From positions 1-64,000 of the IMG/VR virus record IMGVR_UViG_3300009514_000006: a stretch of DNA of 64,000 bases. The stretch is one strand, 5' to 3'. Shown here in pieces: positions 26,662 through 35,497 of this stretch (positions within the stretch are counted from its first letter, which is position 1; each line of letters starts with the position of its first letter). A program made the position numbers and the translations under genes. The stretch is from a virus. The notes beneath the pieces are model-generated. The model made no database searches, was not told where the DNA came from, and saw only the letters and a list, made by a program, of their open reading frames with translations.

Positions 26662-26778
26662 CTATTCGACTTCGCGGATACACCACCGAAGGGCAAGACC
26701 AATGGGCACTGTTAAGATCCACAGAGGCACCAAGACAGGGACCAATAGAGCTACAACCAACTTAGTAGTAGGGTGCAT
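26662..26778 (-). CDS. small membrane protein (38 aa, not in ORF track)
   Basis: MHPTTKLVVALLVPVLVPLWILTVPIGLALRWCIREVE*; start overlaps the upstream stop. Confidence 0.5.
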   Translation of the reverse strand: MHPTTKLVVALLVPVLVPLWILTVPIGLALRWCIREVE

Positions 26779-27233
26779 CAATCCTCGTCCGAATAAATAT
26801 ATGCCTCTTCATCAACATATTCCCAAAAACCCGGCAAAACATATGAGGAAACAGGCTCCGCTAAGGAAAGAATGGTGCCCTCATAACTCAGATAGTCAGC
26901 CTCAGAGCCCCAGTACGGATCTAGAGACTCAGAGTCCGACCAACGATCCAGCAAGCCTTTCCCAACCATATTATCGCCTGGAACATCATCAACTTCTACC
27001 TGCACAGACGATCTAGTTACTTGTGATATGATCAGGTCATACTCCCTAGCGGCGCCTGCTAGTTGTCGCATCTTATGGGCTGATTCCTCTAGCAGTTCTG
27101 CGTGGGCTAAAAACGCCGCCTCAGTTAGCTCAGAATCTGACAGGTCCTCTCCAAAGTACGATTCCATACTTGATTTTAGGTCCATAAAGGGAGAGACATG
27201 AGGAAGTTTCACTTCATAATATTTACTTGACAC
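26778..27233 (-). CDS. hypothetical acidic protein
   Basis: 151-aa ORF in the operon. Confidence 0.65.
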   Translation of the reverse strand: MSSKYYEVKLPHVSPFMDLKSSMESYFGEDLSDSELTEAAFLAHAELLEESAHKMRQLAGAAREYDLIISQVTRSSVQVEVDDVPGDNMVGKGLLDRWSDSESLDPYWGSEADYLSYEGTILSLAEPVSSYVLPGFWEYVDEEAYIYSDED

Positions 27234-27245
27234 ATTATCTCCTAA

Positions 27246-29081
27246 TTAAATGTCACACATTCCATTTTTGCAGGAATCCTTAGAGGTGGCCTCTAAGGTA
27301 TGCTTTGTTTTAGCATACTCGATGGCTTCCTCCAAGCAAATAGGAGTAAGAGGTTGATTCTCCCTACTACCTTCCGGGTAAATAGTGACACCCTTAAGTT
27401 CGGGAAAGTACTCCATATACAAATCTGCTAGTTCTTCTTTTGAGGTTCCGGGCATAACATTGATTGTTTTGCTCACAGCATTATCAATGTGTTGCTGACA
27501 CACCCGCTGCATCTCAAAATGATCTCGAATACCGATTTCATAAGCTCCTTGGAAGTGGGACACATCACGACCTTCTTCTAAGTGCTGCTTGAAGAGGGGG
27601 TGTACCACAATCTCTTCTTCTCTTTTATCACCTTTAAACCACCTACGCTTATAAGCAGGCGCAAACATAGGTTCGATACCTGATGATACTCCGCACACCA
27701 TAGACGTAGTACCAGTAGGAGCAATAGTAAGCAGAGCACAATTACGAATGCCTTTGGTAGCAATAGCTTTACGAATAGTTGGTTTAAGAGTCTTTACAAA
27801 ATTAGACTTCAAAAACTTATCTGAATCGAAGGCCGTAAAAGAGCCCTTTTCAGCCGCTAGATCGCAGGAAGCTTCATAGGCACAATTCTTAATGAATTTC
27901 ATAGTCTTATTAACGAACTCAAGACCCTCAGGTGAGGAATACTTCAAACCCATAGACAACAGCATGTCATGTAGACCCATAATACCCAGCCCAATCCGCC
28001 GGATCGATCTACACTTCTCCTCAATTTCAGGGAGAGGATAGTGGTTAACAGTCAGCACATTATCCAAGAAGCGGACAGACAGAGCCACTGACTGCTTAAG
28101 CTTTCGCCAGTCAAAAAGACCCTCTGGGGAAACAAACCTAGGCAGCACAAGAGCGCCCAAACAACAACAATCATAAGCACTTAACCAAATTTCTCCACAC
28201 GGATTGGTGCTTATAAGTTCGTCGTGATACCAAATATTAGACATCTTATTAGCGTAGTAACCATTAAGAAGTCCGGGTTCTCCGCCCTTCATAGCGTTAT
28301 CGATGATCTTATTCCACAAATCCTTAGCAGATATAGTGGCAATAACCTTGTTCTTAAAAGTAAGTTCAAATTCAGAATCTGACCTAACCTTCTCAAAAAA
28401 GTACTCAGGATTGTCTCTAAACACCACTGACACATTAGCGTTGTTCAGCTGATTCAAATCCAGTTTCTTATCAAGAAACTCCAAAACATCAGGATGACCC
28501 ACATCCAAACACATCATGAGGGCCGTTCGGCGCCCGCCGCCTGCTTTAATCACATCACCAGCTGAATTGATGACCTCCATAAGAGAAACAGAGCCAGTGG
28601 TTAGTCCCCCTGTTCCAGCAATCTTTTGTCCCCGAGGACGAATAGGAGAGAAGGAAATCCCCACACCACCGCCAGTTCCTGACACTACAATCATGTCACT
28701 GACAGTCTTCCCCCAAGCTTCTCTACTGTCTCCACTAGGAATTACAAAACAGTTAAGAGTTTGACCCTTTGCTCTGCCTGCTCCGTACAAGATACGCCCC
28801 CCAGGCATGAACAGATTATCTCTAAGAAGCTCATAAAAGGCTTTCTTGTACTTTACCGCATTATCCCCCGACTCGGCCATAGCAACATGATGAGCCGTTC
28901 TCTCACACGCCTCAGGCCACGTCTCTTTGTCATGCTGAGCGTATCGCTTGGTAAACACCTCCTTACCGAGACCTTCAGGCTCAAAGCTAAGAGTGTGATC
29001 TTCCAATGCCATGGGCTCCTCCTCTGAGGCGATAATATTTCCGTGTGGCCGAAACTCGTAAAGAATCTTCTCGTTCTGCAT
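27246..29081 (-). CDS. nrdJ: ribonucleotide reductase class II (adenosylcobalamin-dependent), no ATP-cone
   Basis: PGGRIL, NCF, TNPCGEI, CCLG, IAPTGT; no beta-subunit gene adjacent. Confidence 0.88.
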   Translation of the reverse strand: MQNEKILYEFRPHGNIIASEEEPMALEDHTLSFEPEGLGKEVFTKRYAQHDKETWPEACERTAHHVAMAESGDNAVKYKKAFYELLRDNLFMPGGRILYGAGRAKGQTLNCFVIPSGDSREAWGKTVSDMIVVSGTGGGVGISFSPIRPRGQKIAGTGGLTTGSVSLMEVINSAGDVIKAGGGRRTALMMCLDVGHPDVLEFLDKKLDLNQLNNANVSVVFRDNPEYFFEKVRSDSEFELTFKNKVIATISAKDLWNKIIDNAMKGGEPGLLNGYYANKMSNIWYHDELISTNPCGEIWLSAYDCCCLGALVLPRFVSPEGLFDWRKLKQSVALSVRFLDNVLTVNHYPLPEIEEKCRSIRRIGLGIMGLHDMLLSMGLKYSSPEGLEFVNKTMKFIKNCAYEASCDLAAEKGSFTAFDSDKFLKSNFVKTLKPTIRKAIATKGIRNCALLTIAPTGTTSMVCGVSSGIEPMFAPAYKRRWFKGDKREEEIVVHPLFKQHLEEGRDVSHFQGAYEIGIRDHFEMQRVCQQHIDNAVSKTINVMPGTSKEELADLYMEYFPELKGVTIYPEGSRENQPLTPICLEEAIEYAKTKHTLEATSKDSCKNGMCDI

Positions 29082-29737
29082 TAACTAATTTCCCCTGCTG
29101 CCTTTAGCTTTAAATAGATAGGATGTTGACTTAACCAACTGGAATCAAAGAATAAATCGGCAGATTCCTTTTGTGCAAATACACGCAAGATCTCCTCTTC
29201 AGAGACCTTAAAATTACTACTCATAGATTTCAACACTCGATCCGAATTAGTCCACTTAACAGATTGTGGGACCGCTGGTGTTGGGCGTACGGGACCAACA
29301 ATGTTACCCTTGGGGGCGCTCTCCTCCAGGCGATACATCATCGCCCGCTTAAGAGCAGACCTCTCGGTTTTGTAAGAAGCAATGTCCAAAGGCTTAGGAG
29401 CCTTATTAAACCATTTATCGAAGTAGAAGAACTGGGCCTTGATGTACTCGTCATAACCCATCTCAAGACCTTCGGCGATCATCGCTGCCCTAAGCCACAC
29501 ATGATATGTGGCGGGGTGGTCTGACGTGATCGGTTTACGGAGAAACTTCAGGGTAGGAAGGCAAGCATATTTACGAAGAGCATCCTCATAAGCATATGCC
29601 ATCTTTTGGGCTCTTTGTTCATTTGGCGTAATCTCACGCCCATTGCCGATTACTTGTTTAGCCTTTGCTTTGGCTAATTCTAGTTTCTCTTTACCGGTTA
29701 GTTTCTTGCTCTTCACTTTACGCACGAATACCCTCAT
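29081..29737 (-). CDS. hypothetical protein (basic N-terminus)
   Basis: 218-aa ORF with a TAATG overlap to nrdJ. Confidence 0.75.
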   Translation of the reverse strand: MRVFVRKVKSKKLTGKEKLELAKAKAKQVIGNGREITPNEQRAQKMAYAYEDALRKYACLPTLKFLRKPITSDHPATYHVWLRAAMIAEGLEMGYDEYIKAQFFYFDKWFNKAPKPLDIASYKTERSALKRAMMYRLEESAPKGNIVGPVRPTPAVPQSVKWTNSDRVLKSMSSNFKVSEEEILRVFAQKESADLFFDSSWLSQHPIYLKLKAAGEIS

Positions 29738-29920
29738 CTACCCCGTAGAGGTAGGACCACAAACTAACAAACGACATGTCAGGCGGAGTTATCAGGAGTG
29801 TGTTGAGAATGGAGGTATCGCGGGAACCGAATAAGGATAGAGTACAACTTAGTAGTAGCAATATCCGTAATCAGACCCACAAAAATTCTCCAATCAATCA
29901 ACTAGGTAAATGTACCAAGT

Positions 29921-29949
29921 AGGATACCCAACTACAACCACCAAGTCAA
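29921..29949 (-). promoter_or_regulatory. sigma70-type promoter with ~180-nt leader
   Basis: TTGACT-N17-TATCCT. Confidence 0.6.
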
Positions 29950-30377
29950 GATGAAAAATTCTTTCTAACTAGCTTGTATGCTTCCATTACTTCTCTAAGC
30001 TTCACAGCATTGCCGCCATCCTTTGCCTGATCAGGATGATACTTATGCGTGAGCACCTGGTAGCTCGCTTTGACAACTTCCAAAGGAGCATCTTCAGTCA
30101 CATAAAGCGACTGATAAGCTTGACGAAGCGTAGAAGCTACTCTGTTTGCTTTACTTTGTTTTGTAAAACCGGTCACGTCAACACTATCATAAAAGTGAGA
30201 AGCAGCATCCTTAAGCTCCTCAATCTTAGTATAGTGAATTAGCCACTTCATCCTGGGTAGATCAAACTTATGGTAAGACCCGGAACCCATAGCCAGCTTC
30301 AGCAGAGATATGAAACCTGGTTCAATTATTCCGTCCAGACGGATCCAGTCGCCTTCTGAAACTAGCTTTAAAATCAT
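29946..30377 (-). CDS. J-domain (DnaJ-like co-chaperone) protein
   Basis: C-terminal AYQSL...VVKASY..L..KYHPD...EVMEAY; HPD motif intact. Confidence 0.88.
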   Translation of the reverse strand: MILKLVSEGDWIRLDGIIEPGFISLLKLAMGSGSYHKFDLPRMKWLIHYTKIEELKDAASHFYDSVDVTGFTKQSKANRVASTLRQAYQSLYVTEDAPLEVVKASYQVLTHKYHPDQAKDGGNAVKLREVMEAYKLVRKNFSS

Positions 30378-31807
30378 TCTTCACACATCACAATCTTAAA
30401 GCATTCCTCTTTCTTGAAAGTCTTGATTCTCTTTAGGGAATGCTTGATAAGCCAAGGATGGCAAAAATTAGCTATGTCAATTATTATTACTTCTTCTCTC
30501 CCCTTACCTGTTCGGAGTCCGCGTCCTGCCCGCTGAAGCAGCCCAATAGTGCCCTTCTTCTGTACCGCGAAGACCATCACATCAATACAGTCTAGGTCAA
30601 CCCCCTGATCCAAGATCGAAGTCGTAACCAAGCACTGTATGTGACCGGCTGAGAAGTCCTTCAGAGCCTTACTTCGCACTTCGGAGGTATCGGTCCCGTG
30701 AATGAATTGAACCTGATACGCTCCATCTGAGCGAGCCTCCATGAGCTTCAAGAAGTTCTCCCCGTGACTCACCCGTTCAACCATAATAATACACTGTTTA
30801 CCCTGTACACAGTAATCGTGGGTCTTCTCCGTAATCTTCTCGTTCAGCTTAGTGTTCTCCACCACACCCTTAGTATATGCTGTCTGCCAGCTTACGTTTG
30901 GTGGGATAACAGGTTCCCTAATCGTGATGATCTCAACAATAGGCTGTACGGAGATGCCCCTTTCGACAAGAGCTTTATTCCTCACCTCATAAATGATATT
31001 ACCAGTCTGGGCAATCAGCCTAAGGGCGGCCCCATCAGACCGGTCCATAGGGGTCCCAGAAAGCCCGTAGCGCCGATAGGCAAAGAGCATGTTCAGAGCC
31101 TCATAGCAAGTCTCAGAGCCCGCAGTGTGGCACTCATCGACCCATACCATTTGCCACTGTCTTCTCTCCTCCTCTAGCTCTCCCTTCTTTAATCGGGAAT
31201 GAAGACTATCCAGAAGAGCAATCGTAATCCATTTACCTACCCTAAAATTGCCATCACCAATTATACCAATATCATCAGGATCGATTCCCAAATACTTTGC
31301 GAAGCTAGCTTGAGTTTGGTATAGCAGCTCGATACCGGGAACCACAAACAGAGTAAGCAAAGACAAGTGCTGAGTGACGGCAGCGGCTATGGAAGTTTTT
31401 CCCCCATTTGTTGCTATCTTTAATACGCCCCGCTTATTCCTTACTATCGTCTCAGCCGCTTCTCTCTGATAGTCGTATATCCCCTCTCCGAAGGAGACTC
31501 CCTTCAACTCAAATCCATTACTTCCCTCTGTTCGGCTTATCCCTTCCCGATGATCAAGGACCACCACAGACAGGTCAGGGTTGTCCTTCTCTAAGGCTTC
31601 CTTAACGATGTCTGTAAGCCCTGCTGGGAAGGTATACGCCTTCTCATTAAAAAGGTGAACTTTACCGTCCCAAAACCCTTTACGAAAGGCTGGGGAGAAG
31701 CGGGCGCCTTCTACCGAGTAGGATGAGGCTTTTTTTACTCGGTCAACATAAAAATCACCGCTTATTTTAGCAGTGTTACCGTAGATTTCAATTGTACAAG
31801 TTTTCAT
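30374..31807 (-). CDS. superfamily 2 helicase (UvsW-like)
   Basis: IATNGGKT, DECH, SGTP, GVDL, QRAGRGLR. Confidence 0.92.
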   Translation of the reverse strand: MKTCTIEIYGNTAKISGDFYVDRVKKASSYSVEGARFSPAFRKGFWDGKVHLFNEKAYTFPAGLTDIVKEALEKDNPDLSVVVLDHREGISRTEGSNGFELKGVSFGEGIYDYQREAAETIVRNKRGVLKIATNGGKTSIAAAVTQHLSLLTLFVVPGIELLYQTQASFAKYLGIDPDDIGIIGDGNFRVGKWITIALLDSLHSRLKKGELEEERRQWQMVWVDECHTAGSETCYEALNMLFAYRRYGLSGTPMDRSDGAALRLIAQTGNIIYEVRNKALVERGISVQPIVEIITIREPVIPPNVSWQTAYTKGVVENTKLNEKITEKTHDYCVQGKQCIIMVERVSHGENFLKLMEARSDGAYQVQFIHGTDTSEVRSKALKDFSAGHIQCLVTTSILDQGVDLDCIDVMVFAVQKKGTIGLLQRAGRGLRTGKGREEVIIIDIANFCHPWLIKHSLKRIKTFKKEECFKIVMCEE

Positions 31808-32208
31808 CGTCGTATCTGTACCAGGTCTTGAGGTTTCAAGAACAAGTCTTGGGGCAGAGTCCACTCATAAATCGTTCCTAGAGACTTCAACTTCTCCCAG
31901 GCGTAGGGATTCATTACGATATATCGAGGCTCTCTCATGTCTCTCCAAAATACGCCGGCCCTCTGGCGCTTTGGGGCGTCTCTATACTTAAAATACAAAA
32001 CTATGAGATTTGCTTCTTCAAAATGATCGAATATGTACTTGATCCGGTGGGCCAGGGTTGTCATGCAGTTCTGATTACGATGGCACTGGTCCACTAAGCA
32101 TTTAAGAGGATACAACTGAGGTTCGTCTTCAATCAGAAACTGACACTCTGGGTAGAGGTCCACCATCTTCATAAAGAGTGTCTTCCTCTGTACTTCCAGA
32201 ATAAGCAT
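31804..32208 (-). CDS. hypothetical protein
   Basis: 134-aa ORF (alternative ATG at 32173). Confidence 0.65.
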   Translation of the reverse strand: MLILEVQRKTLFMKMVDLYPECQFLIEDEPQLYPLKCLVDQCHRNQNCMTTLAHRIKYIFDHFEEANLIVLYFKYRDAPKRQRAGVFWRDMREPRYIVMNPYAWEKLKSLGTIYEWTLPQDLFLKPQDLVQIRR

Positions 32209-32687
32209 TAGTTCTTATACCACAGTATCCCCGCTAGCACAGCCGTGGAGATACCCAGAGCACCAGCGGAACCCCAAGCTAGGTAATACTTCCAATCTCT
32301 AGATTCTGCTTGGTGTCGAAGGAGGTTCTCGTTTTTCCACTTCTTAAAGAGCCTCTCATTCTCATTCTTCAACACCACAACTTGGGTGCGGCATTCACTA
32401 ACAATTTTATCTAGCTTGGCCACCTCATCTGTCAACAAGGTAACCTCATCACTAAGAGCCTGCACCTTGTCTTCGCAAGGGAGGTATCCGGCAAAGTAAA
32501 TGCTTATAAGTGTCTTGAATTCTGTTAGGTCAAAGCACTGAACCACCAGGGGCTTATTATCGATCACCAGTTGGGAACGAATCCCTGTAGGGAAAGGTAG
32601 GGGGTCAGCAGACGCTGTGAGCGGACTAAGGCTTAGGAGTAACACTATCGAGGTACTTATCAACATCTTCCCAATTTTTGATTGCAT
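32208..32687 (-). CDS. exported coiled-coil protein with C-terminal TM (possible lysis accessory)
   Basis: Signal peptide ending TASA, coiled coil, C-terminal hydrophobic helix; overlaps the upstream gene by 62 nt. Confidence 0.55.
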   Translation of the reverse strand: MQSKIGKMLISTSIVLLLSLSPLTASADPLPFPTGIRSQLVIDNKPLVVQCFDLTEFKTLISIYFAGYLPCEDKVQALSDEVTLLTDEVAKLDKIVSECRTQVVVLKNENERLFKKWKNENLLRHQAESRDWKYYLAWGSAGALGISTAVLAGILWYKN

Positions 32688-33042
32688 CGATCTTCTCTTC
32701 CTGTTCAGCTTTAAACTTTTCAATCTCTTTAATATCTTTTTGGACAAGAGTTCTGCTCTTACGAATAAGAGCAATAGCAGCCTCATGTTCCGCAATGTGG
32801 GCGTCACTAGTGTCCAGTACTGCCCTTACCTTAGCCCTGATTTCCTCTTCTTCTTTAACATCCAGCTCATGCCTTAGTCTAGCTAATTCTCTATCCCGCC
32901 ACCACATTTTAACAGAAAAGTAGGTAATCAGAAGCATCACAGCAATAAAAAGCAAGGACTTAACTGTAAGCTTGCTAATCGTGTCACGATCTAATTGCTT
33001 CACGCCCTGCTCCATGAACCATTTTACCAAATCACTATTCAT
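32626..33042 (-). CDS. i-spanin (Rz)-like membrane coiled-coil protein
   Basis: Single N-proximal TM followed by a long coiled coil. Confidence 0.5.
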   Translation of the reverse strand: MNSDLVKWFMEQGVKQLDRDTISKLTVKSLLFIAVMLLITYFSVKMWWRDRELARLRHELDVKEEEEIRAKVRAVLDTSDAHIAEHEAAIALIRKSRTLVQKDIKEIEKFKAEQEEKIDAIKNWEDVDKYLDSVTPKP

Positions 33043-33554
33043 AGGTCATCATCTCTCGAACCACCAATAAGGTCATCCTGCCTTCCAATGGCGGCTAGTA
33101 TACTAAACATATTTGAGGAAGGTCTGACATCGTAAAAGCCAGGACGAGAGTCTACCATGCTATCAATCTTAGTCCTGCGGCCAATAAACTGTACGATATT
33201 ATCAAGGACGGATAAGGGGGCACCTGATGAGGCTACCGGCCCTGCTGACACTGTCACAGTATAGGTCTCGCCCACCGTAAAACCACTAACCACCAGAAAC
33301 ACTGTCCTAGTTGTCAGCGTGTTACCTGTGCGAACCTCGTGGACCAGAACAGGGGATCCTGTTCCCTCTGGAACAATTGCGTACAAATCTTTGTTCTTCA
33401 GAGTAAGATTGTTCTTCATTGGAAGACTAAAAGTTAGCGCAATTAAATTCGATGCATACACATCGGCACTAACCACGTCAGATTCAGGAGGAGCGGCGGC
33501 CTCACCGGCACCCCACCCAGATACTCCCCAAAGACTTTCTCCCCAGCCAGCCAT
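33039..33554 (-). CDS. virion/baseplate-associated Ig-like protein
   Basis: GWGESLWGVSGWG motif and Ig-like strands; C-terminus resembles the N-terminus of 39043-42153. Confidence 0.55.
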   Translation of the reverse strand: MAGWGESLWGVSGWGAGEAAAPPESDVVSADVYASNLIALTFSLPMKNNLTLKNKDLYAIVPEGTGSPVLVHEVRTGNTLTTRTVFLVVSGFTVGETYTVTVSAGPVASSGAPLSVLDNIVQFIGRRTKIDSMVDSRPGFYDVRPSSNMFSILAAIGRQDDLIGGSRDDDL

Positions 33555-33565
33555 ATCTTAGTCTC

Positions 33566-34351
33566 CTATGGAGTGCCCCATCGTGCACGTAAATGGTTTT
33601 CTACCGTGGTTCTCTCACCAGCACTTAGCTGTCTGTTATAGATGGCGATTTCCCCTATATCGCCCTTCCAGAAATAGTTCTGGCCACCACCCATACCTTG
33701 AGCGTTGTTGCTCCCGATGTAAAAACTAGGGGTCTTCCATCCCGAAGGAGTGGACGCAGCAGAGTGTACTTGTATTCCGTTTGCTCTTGCAACCCAGGTA
33801 GCTGGGCTACCAGTTCCGTTAGTCACGTTATACATCGAAAATTGATTCTGAGTGGCGAAAGCGCTACCTGTGAAGTTATACCGAACAGAAGATCCCCAAT
33901 CGTCGTACACTTGCCACACTGGAGACGCGAATGGGTACAAAGGAGCAGCCGTACTAGCACCGAACAACCAGAAAGCGTTGGTAACACCAGAGGCACGGGT
34001 TTGGGCTAGCATGATAAAGATCTCACCGTCTTGGGTACCAGATCTAAATGCCGGTTGATTCATATGGTTACCTAAGGTTGGCCAAGACGGAGCCCCGTCA
34101 AATCGGACAACAGGAAGACCATTTTGGGCAGCAGGAATAACATCTGGCTGTCCGGCGGCCCCACCCACTGCGGTCCAATGGGTATTATTACCGCTGATGT
34201 CGGTCCATTGAATGACCCCATTACCGTCTGTAGTCATGGGCCCATCAGCAGCAACATGGTGAACCAAACCAGAGGTGACAGGCATAGGCGGCGCAGAAGG
34301 ACCTCCTCCACCAGAGGGAGTCTTCATATTTGACACAGGCATCAGGAACAT
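33566..34351 (-). CDS. LamG/concanavalin-A-like virion protein
   Basis: WTDISGN, NGLPVVRFDG, GDIGEIAIYNRQLS..ER..VE..L..RWG. Confidence 0.8.
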   Translation of the reverse strand: MFLMPVSNMKTPSGGGGPSAPPMPVTSGLVHHVAADGPMTTDGNGVIQWTDISGNNTHWTAVGGAAGQPDVIPAAQNGLPVVRFDGAPSWPTLGNHMNQPAFRSGTQDGEIFIMLAQTRASGVTNAFWLFGASTAAPLYPFASPVWQVYDDWGSSVRYNFTGSAFATQNQFSMYNVTNGTGSPATWVARANGIQVHSAASTPSGWKTPSFYIGSNNAQGMGGGQNYFWKGDIGEIAIYNRQLSAGERTTVENHLRARWGTP

Positions 34352-35121
34352 TACTTAAGATCCTTTAGAACGCTGCACTCCAGAATAGCACCATCCGGGC
34401 AATATCCGGTAAGGATATCTACGGCATTTGCAGCAGTAGACAAGGTGGGAGCAGATCCCCCCTCAAATTTGTATGCTGATCCGTAGGCCAGCGTCCTGGT
34501 GCCGGTTGGATCTTGCTTAATACGAAACAAATAAGTAAAACCAGCGACCAAATTCGTGGGGTTGTCCAGCGTGCGGTTTCCTTCTAGAGTTACCTGGAAA
34601 GAGTTACCCAAGGATGCATTGACAGAGATATTAGCAGCGTCCGTAAGAGCCACCGGAGAAGATCCTTGGGCTCCCGTGAAGGTATTAGTAGATCCAAGAA
34701 AAGCAAACAGGGCGTCTGTTTGTCTCATAAAGTAATCTAGGGCCTGGTGCCAACCTTTGGTGTTTCCTGATTCATCGTATTCCAAACCTTCCGCAAAAGC
34801 AGGAATACGGGCACCGGTACGAGCCAATGGAACAGCAAAAATTTCAACGCTGCTAAACGACCCATCAACCAGTGCCTTCACCTTATAGGAACCAACCACA
34901 TCCGGAACGAAGTCAGGAGTAGCAGTAGTGGGGCTATTCATTACCGTAGAGCTACCTTGTGGTTTCTCTACTAAGGTCCAGACATAGGAAGCACCGCTAT
35001 TGGCTGCCTCTGTGTCTGAGCAGGTGACGGTCTCACTTAAGACCAGATTGTTTCTACCCCGACCAGCAACGCCTGCTCCCGAGGTAGATCCAGTGGACTG
35101 GATGATGGGTGTTGTAGCCAT
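34351..35121 (-). CDS. tail-associated protein (PKD-like N-domain plus fibre-type C-domain)
   Basis: YVWTLVEKPQGS...PDVVGSY; LTDAANISVNASLGN...QDPTGTRTL. Confidence 0.7.
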   Translation of the reverse strand: MATTPIIQSTGSTSGAGVAGRGRNNLVLSETVTCSDTEAANSGASYVWTLVEKPQGSSTVMNSPTTATPDFVPDVVGSYKVKALVDGSFSSVEIFAVPLARTGARIPAFAEGLEYDESGNTKGWHQALDYFMRQTDALFAFLGSTNTFTGAQGSSPVALTDAANISVNASLGNSFQVTLEGNRTLDNPTNLVAGFTYLFRIKQDPTGTRTLAYGSAYKFEGGSAPTLSTAANAVDILTGYCPDGAILECSVLKDLK

Positions 35122-35137
35122 TGTTTATCCTCTATGT

Positions 35138-35473
35138 TTACTTGTTTAGCCAGGGAATCTTCTTGAGCACGCCCGACCAGCCGCCGACTGCCACTAAACC
35201 AGCAGTAGCCGCCGAAGACAGCACTGTCATACTCATTCCCATACCCCCAGCAAGAGCCGAGGCGGCAACGGTCATCGATGACATCAAGAAGGCAAAAACC
35301 ATTCCGCCGAAGTCAGTCCCGAACCAGCTCACATATTTAACCGCATATTTTCGGGTGACCCAGATGATAGCCATCAAGGCCAAACCTAGCATGATCAAGC
35401 CATCTCCGCCTTGGGCGGCTACCATTACCTTCGTGAAAAACTCACTCATACTCAAATCCATCATTGTCTCCAT
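35138..35473 (-). CDS. putative holin
   Basis: 111 aa, three TM segments, basic C-terminus. Confidence 0.55.
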   Translation of the reverse strand: METMMDLSMSEFFTKVMVAAQGGDGLIMLGLALMAIIWVTRKYAVKYVSWFGTDFGGMVFAFLMSSMTVAASALAGGMGMSMTVLSSAATAGLVAVGGWSGVLKKIPWLNK

Positions 35474-35497
35474 AGTTATTTCTCCTTTTAAGTTAGT

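Noticed and set aside
29738-29920. Cobalamin riboswitch upstream of nrdJ
   Set aside because: The conserved B12-box and core motifs are not recognisable; kept only as an unexplained leader.
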